Assembly: GCA_963744995.1 (NCBI GenBank)
Contig: CAVUWA010000003.1
Span: 155,752-219,751, forward strand
DNA from: Candidatus Eiseniibacteriota bacterium
GTDB lineage: Bacteria; Eisenbacteria; RBG-16-71-46
Reading direction: 5' to 3'
Length of the DNA stretch: 64,000 bases
Below are positions 45,694 to 55,220 of the stretch, in pieces. Every line of letters begins with the position of its first letter. Position 1 is the stretch's first letter. A program made the translations under genes and the position numbers. The notes beneath the pieces are model-generated. The model was given only the letters and a program-made list of their open reading frames with translations, had not been told where the DNA came from and did no database searches.

Positions 45694-46080
45694 TCAGCCC
45701 TCCCCGGTGACGCCTTCGTCTTCATCGAATTCGAAGACCTCGGCGGGCGCGGGAGACTTCGGATCGATGCCGTTCGCCGAAGGGGCGTGCCGCTTGCGAT
45801 CGACGCGCTTGCCCTTCAGCCGGCGCAACTGCTCCTCGAGCCGGTCGGCCGCGAGATCGATCGCGGCGCGCATTTCGGTGGACACCTCGTGACTGACCAT
45901 TTCGCGGTTCTTGAGCCTGATCGTGATTTCGGCGCTGTGCCGGTACTTCTCGGCGGTCACCACCACGTGGGCCTCGCGGATGTCGCGCGCGTATTTCCCC
46001 AGCTTCTCGAGACGCTGTTCGGCGAACTGACGGGTCCCAGCGTCGAACTCACAGTGACGTGCCGTCGTCAGGATCTGCAT
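45694..46080 (-). CDS. hpf: Ribosome hibernation promoting factor
   Basis: MQILTTARH, AAIDLAADRLEEQLRRLK; directly downstream of rpoN. Confidence 0.9.
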   Translation of the reverse strand: MQILTTARHCEFDAGTRQFAEQRLEKLGKYARDIREAHVVVTAEKYRHSAEITIRLKNREMVSHEVSTEMRAAIDLAADRLEEQLRRLKGKRVDRKRHAPSANGIDPKSPAPAEVFEFDEDEGVTGEG

Positions 46081-46152
46081 CTCCACCCCTTCCCCGGGTC
46101 CGGCGACCCGACCGCGGCCCGCTGGCCGCACCCGACCGAAACTGTCCTGCTG

Positions 46153-47589
46153 CTACGCCACCCGCCGGCGGAACCGGGCCGGCAGGATGTTGAGCTGCTC
46201 ACGGTACTTCGCCACCGTCCGGCGCGCGATCCGGAGACCCTTTTCGTGCAGCAGCTCCGCAATGCGCTGATCGGACAGCGGGTCGGTCTTGTCCTCCTCC
46301 TCGATGAGGGTTTTGATGATGTCTTTGGCCGACCGGGCCGACACATCTTCTCCCCCCTCGGTCTCGAGTCCGCTCGAAAAGAAGAACTTCAGTTCGAAGA
46401 CCCCGCGCGGCGTCTGCACGTACTTGCCGCTGCAGACGCGGCTCACGGTCGATTCGTGCATGTCGATCTGGCGCGCGACCTGCTGCAGCGTGAGCGGCCG
46501 CAGGAACGCAATGCCCTTGTCGAAGAATTCACGCTGTTCCCGGATGATGCAACTCATCACCTTGATCATCGTGCGGCGCCGCTGCTCGATGGTCTGGATC
46601 AGCCAGCGGGCCGAGTTGAGCTTGCCCTGAATGTACTCGCGGGTCTTCGCTTCTCCCGCATTCATTTCGGACTTCTTCTTGCGGTCACGCAGCACGCCTT
46701 CGTACGCGGACGAGATCCGCAGCCGCGGCAGATGCCGGTCGTTGAGCAACACGACGTATTCCTCGTCGACGCGCTCGACCAGCAGGTCGGGCACGACGTA
46801 GCGCGGATCCTCGGCCGAGACCTGAAGTCCGGGGCGCGGGTTCAGCGTGGCGATCACGTCCGCCGCCGCCTGCACCTCCTCCACCGACACCTTCAGCTGG
46901 CGCGAAATCTCCGGGAAGCGTCGGTTCACGAGGTTGTCGAACTGGTCGTGGATCAGGCGCCATGCGAGCGTGTCCCGCTCGCCGCGCGCATCGAGCTGGA
47001 TCAGCAGGCACTCGCGCAGGTCGCGCGCACCCACGCCGACCGGCTCCAGCGCCTGGATGACCTTGAGCACGGCCTCGACCTCCTCCACCGGCCGTCCGGT
47101 CGCCTGGACGATCTCCTCCATCGGGGTGGCGAGCCAGCCGCGCTCGTCGAGCGAACCGACCAGGAACTCGGCCAGCAACAGGTGCCCGGGCGAGAGCTCC
47201 AGGAAGTGCAGCTGCTCGCGCAGCGATTCGGCCAGGGTCGTGCGCGTGACCGGGACCTTCTCCAGGAACTCCGCCGGCGCCTCGCTCTGCGGCACGTAGG
47301 TCTTGTCGAGTCCGTCCTGCAGGTAGTCGGACCAGTCGATCTGATCCTCGTCGGCCGGATCCTCGGCCTCCTTGTTCGCCTCTTCGTCGGGCGAGTTCTC
47401 CTCCGCGAGATCCTCGTTTTCCATGACGTCGTCGACTTCCTCGAGCAGCGGGTTCTGCATGATCTCCTGCTTGAGGATCTGCTGCAGCTCGATCGTCGGG
47501 ACCTGGAGCAGCTTGAGCGCCTGCTGCAGGCGCGGCGTCATGATCAGCGCCGGGCGCAGACTCATGTTGAGCGAATGCTTCATCTCCAT
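46153..47589 (-). CDS. rpoN: RNA polymerase sigma-54 factor
   Basis: LQQALKLLQ, HESTVSR, RpoN box ARRTVAKYRE. Confidence 0.98.
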   Translation of the reverse strand: MEMKHSLNMSLRPALIMTPRLQQALKLLQVPTIELQQILKQEIMQNPLLEEVDDVMENEDLAEENSPDEEANKEAEDPADEDQIDWSDYLQDGLDKTYVPQSEAPAEFLEKVPVTRTTLAESLREQLHFLELSPGHLLLAEFLVGSLDERGWLATPMEEIVQATGRPVEEVEAVLKVIQALEPVGVGARDLRECLLIQLDARGERDTLAWRLIHDQFDNLVNRRFPEISRQLKVSVEEVQAAADVIATLNPRPGLQVSAEDPRYVVPDLLVERVDEEYVVLLNDRHLPRLRISSAYEGVLRDRKKKSEMNAGEAKTREYIQGKLNSARWLIQTIEQRRRTMIKVMSCIIREQREFFDKGIAFLRPLTLQQVARQIDMHESTVSRVCSGKYVQTPRGVFELKFFFSSGLETEGGEDVSARSAKDIIKTLIEEEDKTDPLSDQRIAELLHEKGLRIARRTVAKYREQLNILPARFRRRVA

Positions 47590-47604
47590 GCGATCGGTCC
47601 CGTC

Positions 47605-48384
47605 CTATAGGGTGAAACGTTCGCCGAGGTAGATCGCCCTCGCCCGGGAATCACCGGCCAGTTCCTCGGCGGTTCCCTGCAGCAGGATACGACCCTCGAA
47701 CATGATGTACGCGCGATCGGTGATGCGCAGGGTTTCCCGCACGTTGTGATCGGTGATCAGCACGCCGAGTCCGCGATCGCGGAGCCGGCTGACGATGTCC
47801 TGGATTTCCGAGACCGCGATCGGATCGATGCCCACGAACGGCTCGTCGAGCAGCATGTAGGCGGGCTCGCGGGTGAGCGCGCGCGTGATTTCCACGCGAC
47901 GCCGCTCGCCGCCCGACAGCCGGCTCGCCTGCCGGTTCGAGAGGTGCGTGAGGTTGAGATCTTCGAGCAGTCGTGCGCAGCGCGCCTCGCGCTCTTCCTT
48001 CGAGAGCTTCATGGTCTCGAGCACGGCCATGACGTTCTGCCGCACGGTCAGGCGGCGGAAGATGCTGGGCTCCTGCGCCAGATAGCCGAGGCCCATGCGT
48101 GCGCGCCGGTACACCGGCTCCTTCGTGACGTCCCGCCCTTCGAGCAGGATCCGCCCCTCATTGGGCTTCAGCAGACCGACGATCATGTGGAACGAAGTGG
48201 TCTTGCCGGCGCCGTTCGGGCCGAGCAGGCCGACGACCTCGCCCCTGCGCACCTGAACGGTCACGTCGTTCACGACGCGGAACCGCCCGTAATAGCGCAC
48301 CAGCGACTGGCCGACCAGGCCCTCGCCGAGATCCAGCGTGTGCGCCTCCGACGGGGCCCGGGCCGTCTCCACGGCGCCGGTCAC
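47605..48384 (-). CDS. lptB: LPS export ABC ATPase
   Basis: GPNGAGKTT, YLAQEPSIFR, LSGGERRR, DEPFVGIDP, TDHNVRETL. Confidence 0.95.
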   Translation of the reverse strand: MTGAVETARAPSEAHTLDLGEGLVGQSLVRYYGRFRVVNDVTVQVRRGEVVGLLGPNGAGKTTSFHMIVGLLKPNEGRILLEGRDVTKEPVYRRARMGLGYLAQEPSIFRRLTVRQNVMAVLETMKLSKEEREARCARLLEDLNLTHLSNRQASRLSGGERRRVEITRALTREPAYMLLDEPFVGIDPIAVSEIQDIVSRLRDRGLGVLITDHNVRETLRITDRAYIMFEGRILLQGTAEELAGDSRARAIYLGERFTL

Positions 48385-48968
48385 TTGCCGCCCTCCGGTC
48401 CGATCAGTCCGTCGGAGCGCGGCCGCAGCCGCGCCCGTACCTGCTTCTTGAACTCGAAGTGCTTGAGCTCGGGATCGCTCGCGAAGCCGTATCCGGTAAG
48501 CACGTCCTTCTCGCGTTCGACCCGCACGAGCTGGTCGGCGGGCGCGAGAATCAGCTGCTCCTTGTTGTCGAACGTCAGCACCTCCGAGGACATGCGGGTG
48601 CCCTCGGTCGTCTGGATCACGACGTTGCCGCGCGCGGTCATGTCGCGGGTGCGCTGGTTGATCTCGCCCACGTTCGCGGTCAGTTCCGACGTGCGCTTGC
48701 CGGTGTCGTCGTAGAAGTCGACGCGGATGGCGCGCGCGATGACCGTGTTGCGGGCCGTGTACGTGGCGGCGTGGCGCGCGTAGAGCGTCCACACCGGCGT
48801 GCCCTGGTCGGTCTCGGTCAGCACGAAGTCGGTGACTTCCTGATCGGGCAGCTCACCGGTGTCGCCGGGCGAATCGAAGCCGCGCTGCTTCCCGCAACCC
48901 GCGAGCGCCAACGCGACCATTGCGATCGCGAACCACGGCAGGACATGGGGGTTACCCGGCGGGCGCAT
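48381..48968 (-). CDS. lptC: LPS export periplasmic protein LptC
   Basis: N-terminal anchor (LAGC lipobox), ARGNVVI, LTGYGFASD; upstream of lptB. Confidence 0.85.
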   Translation of the reverse strand: MRPPGNPHVLPWFAIAMVALALAGCGKQRGFDSPGDTGELPDQEVTDFVLTETDQGTPVWTLYARHAATYTARNTVIARAIRVDFYDDTGKRTSELTANVGEINQRTRDMTARGNVVIQTTEGTRMSSEVLTFDNKEQLILAPADQLVRVEREKDVLTGYGFASDPELKHFEFKKQVRARLRPRSDGLIGPEGGK

Positions 48969-49045
48969 GAGACAATCCTTGGGTCAGAGCGCTACGGTTC
49001 GTGGTTCACGATGGCCACGCTATCAGAGCCGCATCCCGACCCGCA

Positions 49046-49061
49046 AGCACACGCTGTGCCA
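49046..49061 (-). promoter_or_regulatory. sigma54 -24/-12 site upstream of lptC-lptB-rpoN
   Basis: TGGCACAGCGTGTGCT, near-consensus with exact spacing. Confidence 0.6.
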
Positions 49062-49089
49062 TCAAGTCTTTTGAAGGCGGCTCTTGGGG

Positions 49090-49731
49090 TTATCGGGCCG
49101 GACCGTCCTGAACTTGACGCCCGATGCCGGCTCGCGGACGGGCCGACCGGCCACCTGCGCCCCCGGGCGGATCGAACAGCTCCGGCGGGCCAGGGTAGGC
49201 GACGACGCCCGCGGAGACGACCGCCGCCGGGTGCAGCGTGTGCGGCCGCTTGCGGGCGGGGTCGAGCAGATGCGTGACGCTCGCGCCCCCGGCGAGCAGC
49301 GCGTCGGCGAGCAGCGAGCGATGGCAGTGCGCTGGGTCCGCCTCCGCGCACATGATGGCGGTGGGCCGCTCCCGGGCGAGCCCGATCAGCCGCTCGCATC
49401 CGCGCCGGAACGCCGCCGACCCCATGTGGTCGGCGTAGCCGCGGAAACCGCCCGCGGCGAGCCCGAAGTGCCTCGAGTCGGGACGCGGCGAGCGCATGCC
49501 GCCCAGTTCCGGCAGGTGCACGTAGTCCACGCCCGCGCGCGCGAGTCGCGCCGCGAGGGCCTCGCGCGAGAACTGCGGGTGGCGCCGCGAGAATGGCGCG
49601 GACCGCACGTCGGCGATCCGCGTCACCCCGTGCGCGCCCAGCAGAAGGACGAACGCCTCCGCGGACCGGTTCGAATGGCCTACGGAGAACAGCCGGACGG
49701 TTTCATTCCCTGTGTCGGACGTATTTTCCAT
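49090..49731 (-). CDS. DUF488 family protein
   Basis: VGHSNR, DVRSAPFSR, LGG, MCAE..CHR. Confidence 0.92.
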   Translation of the reverse strand: MENTSDTGNETVRLFSVGHSNRSAEAFVLLLGAHGVTRIADVRSAPFSRRHPQFSREALAARLARAGVDYVHLPELGGMRSPRPDSRHFGLAAGGFRGYADHMGSAAFRRGCERLIGLARERPTAIMCAEADPAHCHRSLLADALLAGGASVTHLLDPARKRPHTLHPAAVVSAGVVAYPGPPELFDPPGGAGGRSARPRAGIGRQVQDGPAR

Positions 49732-50239
49732 CGAACACGACGTTCCAGGTCTGTCCGCCGTCGGGTGACGCCTCCCAGAGCTGCCGCACCTCGTCGTCGG
49801 ACTTCTTCTCCCAGGTGATGCGATGCAGGACGTCCATCGCGCCGGGTTTGCGCGGCGGCCGCCAGCCGGTGAGCACCATCTTGCCGTCGACGAAACCGCC
49901 GTCGAGCTCGAGCAGCAGCCCCGAGTTGTCGACCCAGGTCTGGTGCCAGCGCCCGCGCGCCGCGTCGTAGATGTTGTAGCTGTGGCCCCTGAACGGACCG
50001 GAGGCGCTGGTCCAGTTCTCCTGGATCGCGCAACCGTCGAGCACACGCACGACGTGGTTCTTCCCGGCGGGTTTGCCGTCCGCCGAGGTCACGTCCCAGT
50101 CGCCGATCCAGAAATCGAATTGCCGGCATTCCGGCGCCGAGCACGGCCTGGGCTTCGGCGGGGCGGCCGCATCCTCGGCCTGCGCGTCCGCACCGCTCAT
50201 CGCCAGCACCGCCACCAGCAAGAAGATTCCGCTACGCAT
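49703..50239 (-). CDS. Secreted hypothetical protein (DUF1579-like beta-barrel)
   Basis: Signal peptide; QFDFWIGDWDV, WHQTWVDN, SPDGGQTW. Confidence 0.75.
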   Translation of the reverse strand: MRSGIFLLVAVLAMSGADAQAEDAAAPPKPRPCSAPECRQFDFWIGDWDVTSADGKPAGKNHVVRVLDGCAIQENWTSASGPFRGHSYNIYDAARGRWHQTWVDNSGLLLELDGGFVDGKMVLTGWRPPRKPGAMDVLHRITWEKKSDDEVRQLWEASPDGGQTWNVVFDGKYVRHRE

Positions 50240-50300
50240 GATGCTCCCTCCCCCGAGTTCGAACGATCCCGGTCCGGATCGATGGCGCGGTCGCGGCGGC

Positions 50301-51293
50301 TCACGGGCCCGCGCGCAGGCAGTCGTGCAGGTGCAGGACGCCGACCGGGTGCCGCTCCGCGTCGACGACGATCAGCGCGGTCACCGGCCCGGCGGCGCGC
50401 TCTTCCATCTGTCGCACCGCGGCGGCGACCAGCGCGTCGGGGGCGATCGTCGCCGGCGTCGCCGTCATCACGTCCTCGGCACAGAGATCCCACGGGTCGC
50501 GATGCTTCATCAGGATACGCTTGAAGTCACCGTCGGTGACGACGCCGGCGAGCCGGCCCTCGGTGTCCGCGACGGCGGTGATGCCGAGCCGCTTATTCAT
50601 GATCTCGAGCATGATGTCGCGCAGTCCGGTGCCGGCCGGCACCACCGGCAGCGCCTCGCCGTCGTGCATCAGCTCGGCGACCCGGCGCGCGCCCGCGCGG
50701 CCGATGACCCCGCCCGGGTGCAGGAAGCGGAAGTCCTCGGGCCGGAAGCCGCGGCGCTCGAGCAGCGCGACCGCGAGGCAGTCGCCCATGACCTGCGCGA
50801 GCGTGATCGAGGTCGTCGGCGTGAGATCCATCGGACATGCTTCGCGCGCGGGTCCGGTGACGAGCGTCACCTGCGACTTGCGGGACAGCGGCGACCGCGG
50901 CGCCGCGACGATGCTGACGAGCGGAATGCCGTGCCGTTCGATGTAGGGCAGCAGCGCGAGGAGCTCTTCGGTCGCACCGCTCTTCGAGACGAACAGTGCG
51001 GTGTCGCCGGGCCCGAATACCCCGGCGTCGCCGTGCAGCGCGTCGGCCGGGTGCAGGAACAGCGCAGGCGTGCCGGTGCTGGTCAGCGTCGCCGCGATCT
51101 TGTGGGCGATCAGACCCGACTTGCCGACCCCGGCGACGATCACCTTGCCGCGGCAACCGGCCAGCGCTTCGACTGCGTCCATGAAGGACGCATCGAGCTT
51201 CGCCTCCAGGGCCGCCACGGCCTCCGCTTCGGTCCGCACCACCGTCCGTGCGAGCGCCAGCAGGTCCTGTTTCGTGGGCGGGCTCATGCTCAT
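50301..51293 (-). CDS. kdsD: Arabinose-5-phosphate isomerase (KpsF/GutQ)
   Basis: GVGKSG, HPADALHGD, PTTS, HPGG; CBS pair. Confidence 0.93.
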   Translation of the reverse strand: MSMSPPTKQDLLALARTVVRTEAEAVAALEAKLDASFMDAVEALAGCRGKVIVAGVGKSGLIAHKIAATLTSTGTPALFLHPADALHGDAGVFGPGDTALFVSKSGATEELLALLPYIERHGIPLVSIVAAPRSPLSRKSQVTLVTGPAREACPMDLTPTTSITLAQVMGDCLAVALLERRGFRPEDFRFLHPGGVIGRAGARRVAELMHDGEALPVVPAGTGLRDIMLEIMNKRLGITAVADTEGRLAGVVTDGDFKRILMKHRDPWDLCAEDVMTATPATIAPDALVAAAVRQMEERAAGPVTALIVVDAERHPVGVLHLHDCLRAGP

Positions 51294-51817
51294 GTCGCCT
51301 CGTAGCGGGACAGCACCCGGTCCCAGACGCCGTTGTGCCGGAGCAGCATCTCGACCGCCTCGCGCACGGCTCCGTATCCCGCGCGCGCCGACGTCACGGT
51401 CTTCGCGCGCGCACGGACCTCCGGCTGCGCGTCGGCCACCGCGATCGGCCAGCCCACGCGCCGCATGAGCGGCACGTCCGGCAGGTCGTCGCCGATCATC
51501 GCACACTCCTCCCAGCGCGCTCCTTCGCGGGCCAGCACCTGTTCGGCGATCGCGACCTTGTCCTTCGCGCCCACGTAGTGCTCGAGCTGCAGGTCCTTCA
51601 TGCGCGCCACGACCGCGTCGGAAGCGCGTCCGGAGATCACCACGGGGGCGATGCCGAGACCGCGCGCCCACTCGAGCGACAGCCCGTCGCGAATCCAGAA
51701 GCGGCGGATGTCGCGACCCGCGGAGTCGAACAGGATCGTGCCGTCGGTGAGCGTGCCGTCCACGTCGAGGAACAGGATCCGCACCGGCCCCGTGACCGGC
51801 GCGCCGGGTTCAGGCAT
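51290..51817 (-). CDS. kdsC: KDO-8-phosphate phosphatase
   Basis: DVDGTLTDG, GDDLPD, GYGAVRE. Confidence 0.93.
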   Translation of the reverse strand: MPEPGAPVTGPVRILFLDVDGTLTDGTILFDSAGRDIRRFWIRDGLSLEWARGLGIAPVVISGRASDAVVARMKDLQLEHYVGAKDKVAIAEQVLAREGARWEECAMIGDDLPDVPLMRRVGWPIAVADAQPEVRARAKTVTSARAGYGAVREAVEMLLRHNGVWDRVLSRYEAT

Positions 51818-52631
51818 GCGCGCGCTCCGCTGCGGCGTCGTGCACGCGCACGGCCTCCTCGATGAACGCGTCGGCTTCGGCGAGCGGCAGCTGCGTCGCC
51901 GCGTCCGACAGGGCGTGTGCCGGGTCGGGGTGCGCCTCGAAGAACAGACCGTCGACGCCGCACGCGAGCGCCGCGCGCATCAGCGGACGCGCGAAGCGCC
52001 GGTCGCCGCCGGTTTCCGCGCCGCCCGGGCGCTGCAGGCTGTGGGTGGCGTCGTAGACCAGCGGCCGTCCGAACTCGCGCATGATCACCAGCCCGCGCAT
52101 GTCGACGACGAGGTCGTGGTGCCCGAAAGTGGTGCCGCGCTCGGTGAGCATCAGGCGTTCGCCGCCTGCGGCGGCGATCTTCTCCACCACCTGGCGCATG
52201 TCGTCCGGCGCGAGGAACTGCCCCTTCTTGACGTTCACGGCGCGCCCCGACCGCGCGCACGCCTCGAGCAGTGCGGTCTGCCGCGAGAGAAACGCCGGGA
52301 CCTGGAGCACGTCCGCCACCTCGGCGGCGGCCGCGACCTCGCCGGTCTCGTGGACGTCGGTCAGCACCGGGACGCCGATCTCGCGCTTGACGCGCGCGAG
52401 CGCCGCCAGCCCCTCGTCCATGCCGGGCCCGGCGAACGATCGGTGGCTCGAACGGTTCGCCTTGCGGTAGGACGCCTTGAACACGTACGGCACGTCACGC
52501 GCGTCGCAGGCGCGTTTCAGCTGCTCCGCGACACGCAGGCACATGTCTTCGGTTTCCACGACGCACGGGCCGGCGATCACGAACAGCCGCGCCCCGCCGA
52601 CCTCCGCGTCGGCGACGCGAAACGTCCTCAC
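51810..52631 (-). CDS. kdsA: KDO-8-phosphate synthase
   Basis: IAGPCV, KANRSS, NVKKGQF, ERG, DATHS. Confidence 0.96.
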   Translation of the reverse strand: MRTFRVADAEVGGARLFVIAGPCVVETEDMCLRVAEQLKRACDARDVPYVFKASYRKANRSSHRSFAGPGMDEGLAALARVKREIGVPVLTDVHETGEVAAAAEVADVLQVPAFLSRQTALLEACARSGRAVNVKKGQFLAPDDMRQVVEKIAAAGGERLMLTERGTTFGHHDLVVDMRGLVIMREFGRPLVYDATHSLQRPGGAETGGDRRFARPLMRAALACGVDGLFFEAHPDPAHALSDAATQLPLAEADAFIEEAVRVHDAAAERAHA

Positions 52632-54319
52632 TCGGTCGCCTCGGCCTCGGCGCGCGCCCGACCCGCCGGCAGGCCGGCGGCCCGTTCGGCGCGGGCGTCG
52701 TAGGCATCGTTGCCGACCCGGGCGCGGCGCCGCTCGAGCGACGCGCGGATGAAGTCCACGAACAGCGGATGGGGATCGTGCGGCCGCGACTTGAGCTCGG
52801 GGTGGAACTGCACAGCCAGGAACCACGGATGGTCGGGCAGCTCGATGATCTCCACCAGTTCCCGCCCGACGCACTTGCCCGACAGCACGAGCCCGCGCGA
52901 CTGCAGCTGCGCGGCGTAACGATTGTTGAATTCGTAGCGATGCCGGTGACGCTCGTGCACCTCGGTCTTGCCGTAGGCGCGCGCCGCGAGGCTGCCTTCC
53001 TTGAGCTGGCACTTGTAGGAGCCGAGCCGCATCGTGCCGCCCTTCTCGGTGATGCCGCTCTGCTCGTCCATGATGTCGATCACCTTCTGCTCGGCGGACG
53101 CGTCGAACTCGCTCGAGTTCGCGCCGAGCCAGCCCACGACGTCGCGCGCGAACTCGATCGTCGCGACCTGCATCCCCAGGCAGAGTCCGAAGAACGGAAT
53201 GCCGCGCTCGCGCGCGTAGCGCACGGCCGCGACCTTGCCTTCGATCCCGCGCTCGCCGAATCCACCGGGAATGACGAGCCCGTCCACGTCGCTCAGGAGG
53301 GCCTCGGCGCCTTTCGACTCCACCGCCTCGCCCTCGATCCACTGCACCTGCACGCGCGCGCGGTTCGCGGCCCCCGCGTGGGTGAACGCCTCGGCCAGGC
53401 TCTTGTACGCATCGCGCACGTGCGTGTACTTGCCCACCACGCCGATCACGCAGGTGCGGTCGGGGTGCAGCACGCGATCCACGAAGTCGTCCCAGGCACG
53501 CAGGTCGGCTTCGCCGGCGTCGAGCCCGAGGGTCTTCACCACCAGCCGGTCGAGGCCGCCCTTGAGGAACACCTGCGGCACCTCGTAGATCGTGCGGACG
53601 TCGGTCGCTTCGATGACCGCTTCGGTCGGCAGGTTGCAGAACAGCGCGATCTTCTCGCGCAGGTCGCGCGACAGCGGCTGCTCGCTGCGGCAGAGCAGGA
53701 TGTCCGGCTGGATGCCGATCTCGCGCAGCTCCTTCACGCTGTGCTGGGTCGGCTTGGTCTTCACCTCGCCCGCCGCGCGGATGTACGGCACCAGCGTGAC
53801 GTGGATGAACATCACGTCCCGGCCATGCTCGAGCTTGAGCTGGCGGCAGGCCTCGAGGAACGGCAGCGACTCGATGTCGCCGACGGTGCCGCCGATCTCG
53901 ACCAGGTGGACGTCCGCCTGCGACATGAGTCCGAGGCTGGTGATGCGGCGCTTGATCTCGTCGGTCACGTGCGGAATGACCTGCACCGTGCGGCCGAGAT
54001 AGTCCCCGCGCCGCTCCTTGGTGATGATCGTGTCGTAGATCTGTCCGGAGGTGACGTTGTGGCTGCGGGTGAGCGAAATGCCGGTGAAGCGCTCGTAGTG
54101 GCCCAGGTCGAGATCGGTCTCCGCACCGTCGTCGGTCACGAAGACCTCGCCGTGCTGGAACGGACTCATCGTGCCCGGATCGACGTTCAGGTACGGATCG
54201 AGCTTCTGCACGGTCACGCGCAGACCGCGCGACTTGAGCAGGAGTCCGAGCGACGCCGAGGCGATGCCCTTCCCCAGCGACGACACCACGCCACCCGTCA
54301 CCACGACGATCTTCGCCAT
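52628..54319 (-). CDS. pyrG: CTP synthase
   Basis: GGVVSSLGKG, KTKPTQHS, CLGMQ, QFHPE. Confidence 0.98.
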   Translation of the reverse strand: MAKIVVVTGGVVSSLGKGIASASLGLLLKSRGLRVTVQKLDPYLNVDPGTMSPFQHGEVFVTDDGAETDLDLGHYERFTGISLTRSHNVTSGQIYDTIITKERRGDYLGRTVQVIPHVTDEIKRRITSLGLMSQADVHLVEIGGTVGDIESLPFLEACRQLKLEHGRDVMFIHVTLVPYIRAAGEVKTKPTQHSVKELREIGIQPDILLCRSEQPLSRDLREKIALFCNLPTEAVIEATDVRTIYEVPQVFLKGGLDRLVVKTLGLDAGEADLRAWDDFVDRVLHPDRTCVIGVVGKYTHVRDAYKSLAEAFTHAGAANRARVQVQWIEGEAVESKGAEALLSDVDGLVIPGGFGERGIEGKVAAVRYARERGIPFFGLCLGMQVATIEFARDVVGWLGANSSEFDASAEQKVIDIMDEQSGITEKGGTMRLGSYKCQLKEGSLAARAYGKTEVHERHRHRYEFNNRYAAQLQSRGLVLSGKCVGRELVEIIELPDHPWFLAVQFHPELKSRPHDPHPLFVDFIRASLERRRARVGNDAYDARAERAAGLPAGRARAEAEATE

Positions 54320-54419
54320 GCGATTGCCTCCCTCGCCCCGCGGGCGAAACCGGCGCCAGGCGCCGCCCACCTTCCGTCCCGGCCCGAGGCCGGGCATTCG
54401 AACAGAATCCGAGCCTCGT

Positions 54420-55169
54420 CTATGCGGGCGGGCCGCGCCGCTCGAGCGCTGCGAGCTGCTCGGGCGTGTCGACACCGGTGAACCCGCGGGAAACCGTGTA
54501 CACCCGGATGCGGATGCCGCGCTCGAGCGCCCGCCACTGCTCGAGCATCTCCTCCCGTTCGCGTTCGCCCTGCGGCCACGACGCGAACTGCAGCAGGAAC
54601 TCGCGCCGGTATCCGTAAACCCCGATGTGCCGGAGCGGCGGCGCGGTCACCGCGCGGTCGGCCGTCCCCCGGCGGCTAAAGTAGAGGGCGAACCCACTGC
54701 CGTCCACCCAGACCTTGACGATGTCGGACGCCTCGAGAAACGCCGCGCCGGCTTCCGGATGGGCGAGCGTCGCCATCGGCACGTTCGGGTCCGCGCGCAT
54801 CCCGGCGATGAGGTCGGTGACGCCCGCGGCGTCGAGCTCCGGCTCGTCCCCCTGCAGATTCACCACGATCTCCGCGCGCGGGTGCCGGCGCGCAACCTCG
54901 GCCACGCGATCGGTGCCGCTCGCCCACTCGGGCGAGGTCATCTCGACCGTGGCGCCGAAGTCGCGCGCGACTTCCGCGATGCGATCGTCATCCGTCGCGA
55001 TCACCAGCTGGTCGATCCCGCGGACTTGCGACGCCCGTTCCCAGACGTGCTGCAGCAGGGGTTTCCCCCAGAGGGGCGCGAGCGGTTTGCCCGGAAAACG
55101 CGACGCGCCGTAACGGGCGGGAATGACGCCCAGTACGGCGCGCGATCCCGTGTCGGTGGATTCGAACAC
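54420..55169 (-). CDS. kdsB: CMP-KDO synthetase
   Basis: IPARYGASRFPGKPL, SGTDR, QGDEP, HIGVY, LEQWRALE. Confidence 0.95.
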   Translation of the reverse strand: MFESTDTGSRAVLGVIPARYGASRFPGKPLAPLWGKPLLQHVWERASQVRGIDQLVIATDDDRIAEVARDFGATVEMTSPEWASGTDRVAEVARRHPRAEIVVNLQGDEPELDAAGVTDLIAGMRADPNVPMATLAHPEAGAAFLEASDIVKVWVDGSGFALYFSRRGTADRAVTAPPLRHIGVYGYRREFLLQFASWPQGEREREEMLEQWRALERGIRIRVYTVSRGFTGVDTPEQLAALERRGPPA

Positions 55170-55220
55170 GGGACGTCAGGCTAGCAGGTCGGCGTCCGGC
55201 AGGGAAGCGTGCAGGGCGCC

